This document shows, one piece after another, positions 52,495 through 64,000 of a DNA stretch of 64,000 bases (the first letter of the stretch is position 1; each line of letters begins with the position of its first letter). Origin of the DNA: Mobula hypostoma. Lineage: Eukaryota. The position numbers and the translations under genes were made by a program. The notes under the pieces are model-generated. The model did no database searches. It was given only the letters and a program-made list of their open reading frames with translations, and was not told the origin of the DNA. The DNA lies in contig NC_086108.1 in assembly GCF_963921235.1 (NCBI RefSeq), forward strand, positions 35,962,001 through 36,026,000, read 5' to 3'.

Positions 52495-52656
52495 TACGAT
52501 CTCAGGACAGACGTGGTGACCCGCTGAATTTAAGCATATTACTAAGCAGAGGAAAAGAAACTAATGAGTGAAGAGTAACTGCGAGTGAAGAGGGAAGAGC
52601 CCAGAACCGAATCCATGACCGCCTGGCAGTCGCATGAAATGTGGCGTCTAGAAGTC
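52495..52656 (+). pseudogene. Degenerate 28S rRNA 5'-end fragment, preceded by GC-rich ITS2-like sequence
   Basis: GACCCGCTGAATTTAAGCATAT...GAGGAAAAGAAACTAA...GCGAGTGAAGAGGGAAGAGCCCAG..CCGAATCC is the conserved eukaryotic LSU 5' end, here with substitutions. Confidence 0.92.
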
Positions 52657-52794
52657 CTCCTTTCTCCAACTTCTGCTTCTGACAACCCCTCACTTGCAGA
52701 CATGTAACTTTGCCTGTAGGTACGTTAAACGTCTCACTTTAGAAGCGGAAGTGCTCAACTGTTCTGTATGAGTTAATTCCTGTACATTTACCTG

Positions 52795-53472
52795 TTAGAT
52801 TATTAGATTAGATTATGAGGACACTCAGTCCTCGTTTATTGTCATTTCGAAATGCATGCATGCATTAAGAAATGATACAATGTTCCTCCAGAGCGATATT
52901 ACAAAAAAAAACAAGACAAACCAAAGACTAACACTGACAAGACCACATAATTATAACATATAGTTACAGCAGTGCAAAACAGTACCATAATTTGATAAAG
53001 AGCAGACCATGGGAACGGTAAAAAAAAGTCTCAAAGTTCCGATCGACTCCCGATAGTCCCCGATAGCAGGCGGCAGAAGGGAGAAACTCACTCTGTCATA
53101 AACCTCCAGGCATCGACAACTGTCGATGCATTGGAAGCACCTGACCACAGCTGACTCTGAATCCGTCTGAAAACTTTGAGCATCCGATCAGCCCTTTGAC
53201 ACTGAGCACCATCTCTGCTGAGCGCTTCAACCCCTGTCCTGGCCGCCGAGCAACAAGCAAAGCCGAGAATTCGGGGCCTTCCCCTCCGGAGATTCTCGAT
53301 CACACAGTGAGAGCGGCAGCGAAAAAGGCATTTCAGAAGTTTCTCCAGATGTTCCTCCGTTCTTTCATGTCTGTCTCCATCAAATCAGGATTGTGCACGG
53401 CACCCTACTTGACAGATTACAGATATCATTCACCGGAGTGGCCGCGCAAGCTGTGTCGCATCGCCATCTTCC
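52795..53472 (-). mobile_element. Short non-autonomous retroelement, same family as 62480-63930
   Basis: Starts GGAAGATGGCG and ends in a (TCTAA)n tail; homologous in reverse orientation to the copy at 62.5-63.9 kb. Confidence 0.7.
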
Positions 53473-54519
53473 ATCTTCTCATTTACCTGTACCCTTTATT
53501 TTATCTGTGCCTGTACAGTATATTACTTTATTAAAATTCCACTTGCTACTCATTTAATATTTCTGTTCCATATTATGTAACCTGTACTGATTTACATAAG
53601 TCACCTCTTTCTCCCTTATTAGGGGAGAGAGAGAGCCTGCAGCATGTCGAACTATCGGGTGAACAATGTAGTCTTTGGGGTAACTGCAAGTCTGTGCCTT
53701 TGCTATCAGTTAGCTCACGCATGAGTGCTGGTAGTGGGTGTGCTTTATTTTTTGCCAGTGGGGAGGGGGGATTGTTGCTCACTGTTGCTTACACACGGGA
53801 GGGAGGGGAGCGGGGGGCTTAGGGGTTCTAACATTTAACTGTCGTTCATTCTTTGGGGAACTCCTCTGTTTTCATAGATGGTTGTGAAGAAAAAGCATTT
53901 CAGATATATATTGTATACATTTCTCTGACATTAAATGAACCTTTGAATCCTTTGTTCTTTTAAAGGTATGATGAGGCAGTTAGCTATTGCTTAATGTGAT
54001 CCTTCTGTAATTCGACATTTTCTCTAATCTAGCACTCCTCTGGTCCCTATGGTGCTGGATTATAGAAGGTCGACCTGTAGTAGAAACACTTAATAGATCA
54101 AATCGCACGTTTGGAGAGAAAAGTAAAGTTACCATTGCAGGTCAATGATCTTTCACCATACTACAACCTTAATTCATTTTCTGTCTTCTTAGATGCAGGC
54201 CAACTGAATGTTTCTAGTAGCTTCTGCCCAGTATCTGCTGCATTTTACTTCTTCAGCTTCCTCTAGTTTCTTACATTTCCCCTTTGTGCTCTCACTGAGC
54301 TTATCTCATCCACAACTTTGACCTCCTTCAATCCTCTTCCGGCTGAACTAACGATCTTCCTGCCCGTATGCTTGCTGACATTATTGCTATTTCATTCTTG
54401 GGTCCTTACACTTTCTGTAAATTGCCATTATGTCCCTCTCTCATGAAAGCTAACATGATCTTTGGTCTCTGCAAATTATTAGTTCGTCTTTCCTTTCTGG
54501 GGTTCTTTAATGCGTCATA

Positions 54520-56240
<1,721 letters not shown>

Positions 56241-59200
56241 TAAGTGGCCAAACACGTGGTGATCTTACCTGGACCTTAAAAACCTGTACAAATTCAAAAC
56301 AGCACCAAAGTTACCAGTGACATCCTCTGTGATTGTGGCAATCACAATCTGTCCTTGTGCTTTTCAGCTTCCATGCAACTTCTGATCAAATTACTTTCCT
56401 CCAGTTTGTTAATTCACTTCCGTGATGTCTTGTTTATCCAATCACATTCAAAGAATCACCAGAATTGTTTGATGCTTCAGCCAATACTCTTGTATTTTTT
56501 AATAGTGCATATTTTGTACTTTATACTTCCTATTTTTCATCCATATGGTTTGCAGTATCATCTGAGGACATGGCATCAGTTTCCACATGTCCACAGATGT
56601 CATCTAGCTTTATATCACAAACAGCTCTGTTGACACCTCAACTATCAAAATTTCCAGATTAACACCAAACATTAGACAAGGATGAAGTTTCTTCCACCAT
56701 AAAAGACTGGCCCAGCACATCATTCATCTAAAGCCCTGTCACTCATTCTATTTCTTGCCAGCTTTCTCTCACACTACCTGTGTATTGACTGAAAATGAGC
56801 CACACTGTTAACCTTTGTGTCTTTTTGGATCTTGTGCTAAGGCAATAGCAAGGACCATATGTGTCAGTCTTTCTAATTTCAGTCCATCTGCTGAATCCCT
56901 CACTCCTGCCTTTTGTTACTTCATAGACTTATTAATTCCACCATATTCCTGTCAGACTTCTAAAGCCCCCACTGGGGCATCGGCTGCCTACAGCAGTCTT
57001 CCACAGTCATCTGTCCTGGGCTAGTCTTTCATGTTGTTCCCAGATGTAGCCCATCTTCGAATATCCTGATTCTCCCAGGGATGAGATCCTTGGAGCTTCT
57101 GTTGACGTTTCTGTAGCTCTGGGATTTTGTGCTTTGGGGTTGGTGGCCACATGCCCAACCCTCCTCCTCTTAGAGCTAGGCTTGGACATTTCATGGTGGA
57201 ATTATTCCTGCAGACCCTCCATCTTTTATTCCATAAACTTGGATAACAAAGTTTTTAATTACTTTGTATTCTAATTTGCTGCATGTACCCAACTCATAAG
57301 ACTGTATTTGCCAAGTTTTATTAAGTCTTGGATAACAATTTTACCTTTGATTGCAAAATTCTGAAAGGACTCTTCCCTTCTAATATCTGTAATCCATTCT
57401 ATGCCCATTACTCTCCCAACCATCTGTTTTTCAAAACTAGCTTCTTAAGTAGCCTCGAATTTAATTGCTGTGTAACAAGTAGCCAGACCTTCAGCTGCTG
57501 ATAACTTGTGCTGTGCGATTAACAAGCACATATGTAAGAACAGAACTAGGTCATTTGGCACATCGAATCTGCTCTGCCATTTCATCATGGCTGATTCAGT
57601 TTAACTCTCAGCCCCAATCTCCTGCCTTCTCCCTGTATCCCTTCATGCCCTGACCAATTAAGAATCTATCAACCTCTGCCTTAAATATACATAGACTTGG
57701 CCTTCACAGCTGCCTGTGGCAAAGAATTCAGATCCGCTGCTCTGGCTAAAGAAATTTATCCTCATCTCTGTTCTAAAAGGATACCCCTCTATTCTGAGGC
57801 TAACTCCTCTGGTCTTAGATTCTCACACCATCCTATCCACATCCATTTCATTTTCATTTTTAAAATCTTTTTATTGATACATAATCTTCTACAGCTATAA
57901 AATATAGAAGGTCAACAAATTAATGTATATATAATCAATAAAGATGAGAAAAACATACATGCTAATGAAAAAAAAATTATATAAGAAGGAAGAAAGAGAA
58001 CCCCAACTAACTGGGAAACCCCCCCATTAACTACAAAACAAAAAAAAACATTAGGAACCAACTTCTGGAGCAATACGTCTTACAATCATTTATATATATA
58101 AAAGAAGAAAAAGAGAACAACAACCGCCAAATCACATTTATATAACATAAAATTGGAAGGAAACCATATAAATTAATTCAAATTAAAAGATAATATTTGG
58201 CAAAAGAGCCCCACCTTCTCTCAAAATCGAATTGGGGATCAAAAGTTCTACTTCTAATTTTTTCCAAACTAAGACATAACATTACTTGGGAAAACCATTG
58301 AATTAGTGTAGGAGCAGAGGTATCTTTCCATTTCAATAAAATAGCCCTTCTTGCCAACAATGTAACGAATGCAATTACCTGTTGGTTTGAAAATGAAATA
58401 CCCTGAAGATGATACAGAACTATTCCAAATAGGACAGTCAAGGTTGTAAATTAATTTTCAAAACTTTAGAAATTGTAGAAAATAAAGATTTCCAGAAAGA
58501 TTTCAATGAGGGACATGATCAGAACATATGTGACAAAGTAGCTACTTCATTTTTGCACCTATCACAATAATTATCTATATTAGGAAATATTTTGGATAGC
58601 TTCTTCTTTGTTAAATAATAACGATGAACAATTTTAGATTGAATTAAACAATGATTAGCACATATCGAAGAAGAATTAACCATTTTCAGAACTCGCAACC
58701 AATCTTCATTAACAAAAGTCATATTAAGTTCTCTCTCCCAATCTTGTCTAATCTTTAGTGAGAGGTTATCTTTTTGTAGTAAAAAATAAATTATAAATTC
58801 TACCAATGGAACCTCTCAGTAAAGGATTCATATTCAAAATAGTATCCAACAAATCAGATTCTTGCATATATGGAAACGTAGAAACATATTTTTGTAAAAA
58901 ATGTCTAACCTGAAAATATTGCAAGAAATGTGTATGAATGAGAGAGTATTTGCTAACTAAGTCTTCAAAAGTCATCAATCGACCATCACCAAATAAATCT
59001 GCAAAGGAACAGATCCCCTTATTTCTCCATAAAAGAAAAATGGGATTAGTAATTGAAGGTTTAAATAGCAAATTTTGAAATACAGGGCTAGACAATTTAA
59101 ATTGTTTAAAATTAAATGAGTTGCAAAACTGAAACCAAATCTGTAAGGATTGTTTAATAACAGGGTAGAGATTTAAATTGGAAATTTTAGCGAGTTGTAA

Positions 59201-59365
59201 AGGTAATGGAGCTCCTAATAATGAAGTTAAATAAAATTGATTAATAGCTTTAAATTCCAAATCAATCTAAGAGTGGTTTTTGGTTCTTACTGAGCCAATA
59301 TAACCAAAAACATAGTTGTCGAATATTAACAGTCCAATAATAAAATCTTAAATTAGGTAGCGCGA

Positions 59366-60736
59366 GAAATACTTTTCCACAATCATTGCCTGCACTGTTC
59401 TCGGTAGCGAAATCTCACGCAAGTGCTCTCAGCAGAAACATGGCGCAAGCGCTCTCCAGTAACCTTTAAGCTATGAAGCTGCCAAATCATACAAAATAAC
59501 ACGTAAAAATACACAGCCTATATAAAGTAGAAATAATGTATGTACAATGTAGTATCACTTACTGGAATTGGGACAGCGCCGAGCACACTGATGATGGTGT
59601 GTTTGGCTCAGTAGTCGGAGATTGGGGTGGTGCAGTGGCCCCCACCCTCTGGGCTGCGAGCCGATACCGATCCGCGAAGAATGCAGGGGTACAGTGATAG
59701 CCGGGACTCACCCAGCACATCTTTTAAGAAAAAAGCCGAAACAAACACGCTAATTAATTAGGTGCCACCCGGCACATAAATGTCAGCCCAGATCAGAGGC
59801 AACGCAATCGGCAATTGCCTCTGATCTGGGCCGACAATCATGTGCCGGGCAGCACCTAATTAATTAGCATGTTTAATTCTGCTTTTTTCTTAAAGATGTG
59901 CTGGGCTCCTCCTGGCTACTGCTGCATTCTCCGCGAATTGGTATCTGTCTGCCGCCCGGGGATTGGGACCACTGGGGTGTCATCTCATCGTCGATCAGGG
60001 CAGGCAGGTCACCTTCTTTGGCGAAGGTCGAAGTTCGTCGTCTGCTGTGGCTGATGTGGAAGGCTTGCTTGACTGCTTAGCCTCACGCATTTTTAGATCA
60101 TACAGTTCTTTGTAAGGACTCAAACAATCCTGCAAATATGCCCTAAACCGACGTACCCTTTCAAATTTAAAGTCATACTTTGTCATTGCAGCGAAAATCT
60201 CACGCAGTTGCTTCACGTTCAGTTCCTGGACGACTTCACTTTCGGTCCGTTCGCTACTGCGTTCGGTTTTGATTGTTATCCTTTCCTCTCCCAATTGCAT
60301 CAGCTCTTCATCTATCAGTTCTTGGTCATGGGATGCCAAAACCTCTTCAACATCATCTTCGTCAACTTCCACAAGCCAAACTCACTTTGTTCTTACTTGT
60401 TCACCACGATCGAAACGCTTAATTATGTCTAGTTTTACGCTAAATGTAACACCCTTATGACCTCTTTTAGGCTTTTCTGATACTTTAGAACTCATTTTGC
60501 AAATGGTTGCTCACAGGCACGTGTTTAAGCAATGCTGGCTAGAATGCCGTTCTGAATCCGGGGGAGAGTGGCTGCTCGGGGCGCGCGCTGCTTTTTCTGC
60601 GTGCTGCCTTTTATCATATGCTGCTTTTTTCGTAACAGTGAAAACACCTTCTGTTAGCGAAAACAGGTAACTAATGTAGGTCTTTCATAACAGTGAGGTT
60701 TCGTAAAGTGAACGTTCGAAAAGCGGGGGACACCTG
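59366..60736 (-). mobile_element. pogo/Tigger-like element copy 2, one end deleted
   Basis: Direct repeat of about 49886-51223; retains GCGGGGGACACCTG+TA at the right end. Confidence 0.85.
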
Positions 60737-62536
60737 TACATTAAACGAATAAGTCCATTCAACTCTATCAAATGCCTTTTCTGCATCCAGAGAAATAACA
60801 CATTGGGGTGTTTTGGATAATGGTGAATATATATTGTTCATCAATCTTGGAACATTAGAAAAAGAATAACGGCCTCTAATAAAGCCTGTTTGATCCATAG
60901 AGATAATTTTAGATAAAATGTTTTCCAAACGGTTAGCCATTCTCTTAGAAAGAATTTTAGCGTCCACATTTAATAGCGAAATAGGGCTATAAGGTGAGCA
61001 TTCAGTAGGGTCTTTATCTTTCTTAAGGATTAAAGAAACAAAAGCTTCATAAAAAGAAGGTAAATTACCTTTCTCAAAAGATTCGTGAAATATTTCCAAA
61101 AGGTATGGAGAAAGTAATTTTTCAAATTTTTTGTAAAATCCTACTGAATAACCATCGAGTTCAGGAGCTTTACCTGATTGCATTGACCATATAGCTTTCT
61201 GAATTTCATGCTCAAGAATTGGAGCATCAAGCAAGGTTTTGTTGGTCTTCAGCAGTTTATTTGAGGAAATTTAATCTTATATAAAAAAGCCTTCATTTTG
61301 GAGGGATCTGCAGGAAACTGAGATTTATAAAGATAGGATTAAAAATCCTGAAAAATATTATTAATGTCTTCATAATTACTTACTATATCTCCATTATCTT
61401 TACGAATCTTTAAAATTTGTCTTTTAGCTTTTGCAGCCCTTAATTGGGAAGCTAAAAGCCTATTATTTTTATCCCCAAAAATATGAAACTGACTTTTTAA
61501 TTTAAACAAATATCCTTCAATAGGATAAGTTAATAATTAGCTATATTGTGATTGTAATTCCACTCTTTTACACAAATCAACATTTGGAAAATTGCCGTTG
61601 ATATTATCTAATTCTTTAATTCGTTTAGCAATTTTATCTAATTCCATTCTTGTCTGTTTCTTCAACTTAGCTAAATAAGAAATAATCTGACCACGTAAAT
61701 AAGCGTTTAACCTGTCCCAAATTACTAACTTTGAGGTGTTTCCTGTATTATTAAAGAGAAAAATCTCTTTTATCTGAGTTTCAATAAACTCAACAAAATC
61801 TGAACTTTATAACAAATGTTCTGGAAAGTGCCAGGGTGGTCTTGTAGAAACAACATCTTTCAGATCAAATATTAAATTTAAAGGAGCAAGATCAGAAATA
61901 ACAATTGCATCATATTCACATTTCTGAACATTAAATAAAAGTCGAGGGTTGGCTATAAAATAGTCGATGCTTGAATATTTATTATGAATGTGTGGAAAAA
62001 AAGGAATATTCTCTATCAGTAGGATGCATATGTCTCCAGACTTCAATTAAACCATAATCAATTAAAAAGGAATTAATAAGTGATGCAGAGCGATTACGGA
62101 TTTGATGTCTAGATGATAGTTTATCTAATAGGGGATTTAAGCAAGTATTAAAATCTCCACCCATTAATAACATATATTCATTTAAATCAGGTAATAGAGC
62201 GAAAATGTCTTAAAAATGAAGGATCATCGGCATTTATACTTTATACTATATTGTCGCCAAACAATTGATACTAGAATGTACAATCGTCACTGCGATATTT
62301 GATTCTGCACTTCCTGCTCCCTGGAGTACAAATCGATAGTAAATATTAAAAATTGGACAATATATATTAACCAAAACCATTTTCTTTTTGTGAATTGTTC
62401 CTTTAACAATCAAAAATCTACCTTTAATATCAGATATAATATCCTCCTGATTAAAGGGGATATTAGAATCAATGGAGGAGAAGATGGTGGCGCGACGGCT
62501 GTGTGCGTGGCCACTTCGGTGGTGATGTCTGTTATC

Positions 62537-63351
62537 TAGATAGATAGATAGATATACTTTATTAATCCCGAGGGAAATTTGGTTTCGTTACATCCGCACC
62601 AACCAAGAATCGAGCGTAAATATAGCAATACAAAAACCACCAACAACCAAACAGCAAAATGCAAACTATGCCAGATGGGATATAAGTCCAGGACCAGTCT
62701 ATTGGCTCAGGGTGTCTGACCCTCCACGAGAGGAGCTGCAAATTCGATGGCCACAGGCAGGAATGACCTCCCGTGCCGCCAAGTATCACGGTGGAATGTG
62801 GCCGAAGTCCAACAGTAAAAAGTTCAATGTCCAGTCTGCAAGCACGTTCCTCGATCGTAATATGACCCGGATTGCACCATCTGTTGTTAACCAGATCAGT
62901 AAGCACCCAACTCCTTTACGCTTACCGCTCTCAGTGCACTTCCAGTCAGCTGGAACGGTATTAACCACCGAACTCCTCTTCTCCATAAGTCTCTGTTGTC
63001 TCGACCCGGTCCTCTTTCCTCGACTTTGTGATCCCCCTCTGCATCCTCTGTGTGTTTTCCTCCGGATTTCAGCAGGGGTGTCCGCCGCTGTGCTCGCTAA
63101 ACCGGCCGGCATTAGCTGGAATACACAATGCGACCTTGCTTCTGTCCCGCGTGTCGGAATGTAACCATTTCCAGCACTAAAAAAAAAACCCAAATAAAAC
63201 TCTCTCTACCAGCATGTTAGGGTGCAGCTTCGACGTGTTACCGTGAGAAAAAAAATACAAAGAATAACGTAAATTAAAAAGTAAGAAGAAGAAAGTAAGA
63301 ATAGATCGGAACAGCTGTACCAGGCTGCATGCACGACCGGCGCATGCGCAC
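62537..63351 (-). mobile_element. Internally deleted Rex1-like element nested in a short retroelement
   Basis: Basic N-terminus RRKTHRGCRGG and endonuclease remnant ESGKRKG / LVNNRWC fused to a 3' UTR with a (TCTA)n tail. Confidence 0.7.
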
Positions 63352-64000
63352 TTGTCAAGTAGGGGACCGTGCACAATTCTGATTTGATGGAGACGGACGT
63401 GAGAGCACTGAGGAACATCTGGAAATCTTCTGAAATGCCCGCTTCGCTGCCACTGCTACTGTGTGGTAACCGGAATCTCCGGAGCAGAAGGCCCCAAAAT
63501 CCTCGACTTTGCGTGGTTCAGCGGCTGGGGCGGGGTCGATGGCGCTCAGGAGGCTGGTCGGAAGCTCAAAGTTTTCAGACGGATGGACTCAGTGTTGGCT
63601 GTGGTCGGCTGCTTCCAAGGCACCGGCAAGTTGGCTCCTGCAGGGTGTTTCTCCCTTTTGCCACCTGCTATCGGGGACTCGGGAGTCGATCAACTGGGGA
63701 CTTTGAGACTTTTTTTTTTACTCTGCCCATGGTCTGTTCTTCATTAAATTATGGTATTGCTTTGCACTGCTGTAACTATATGTTATAATTATGTGGTTCT
63801 GTCAGTGTTAGTCTTTGGTTTGTCCTGTTTTCTGTGATATCACTCCAGAGAAACATTGTATAATTTCTTAATGCATGTATACATTTCTAAATGACAATAA
63901 AAAGAGGACCGAGTGTTCTCATAAAATCTAAAAAAAATTTTACTTTGAGAGTTTGCGTGAATCTGAGGGCCCTTCCAAAATTTAAAAAATTGATTGTTAT

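Larger units (their letters stand above)
57850..64000 (-). mobile_element. Older degenerate L1-clade LINE with several nested inserts; runs off the window
   Basis: MGGDFN, SSIDYF, ISLLNVDAKIL, SLDAEKAFDRVEW, CDRC...HMF. Confidence 0.88.

Noticed and set aside
52495..52656. Functional rRNA gene
   Set aside because: Only about 160 nt, with substitutions in conserved positions and no 18S, 5.8S or remaining 28S.

Overview
Eukaryotic, repeat-dense vertebrate genomic DNA, most likely a cartilaginous fish (ray or shark). This is inferred from an HE1-type V-SINE and abundant CR1, Penelope-like, Rex1 and Vingi retroelements. Two host genes lie head-to-head. UCHL5 is on the minus strand: coding exons 1-7 span 26009 down to 812, all with GT-AG boundaries, and the 3' exons lie before the window. 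RO60/TROVE2 is on the plus strand, with a putative first exon in a CpG island at about 38.8-39.0 kb and a large coding exon at 46540-47158; later exons were not found in the window. Most of the remaining sequence is nested transposons. Highlights: (1) a Sleeping Beauty-family Tc1 element rearranged into a fold-back with two right-hand IR/DR ends; (2) many Penelope-like inserts carrying minimal type I hammerhead ribozyme motifs, inverted pLTRs and 13-16 bp TSDs; (3) a near-intact full-length L1 with a perfect 16-bp TSD in a three-layer nest; (4) an ITS2-28S rDNA fragment in an RO60 intron; (5) an RO60 start codon that appears to come from a 6-nt coding piece of an upstream exon; (6) pogo/Tigger-like elements with a conserved ~280-bp internal hairpin. 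Family assignments rest on recalled motifs, not database searches, and transposon boundaries are approximate unless a TSD or TIR is quoted.
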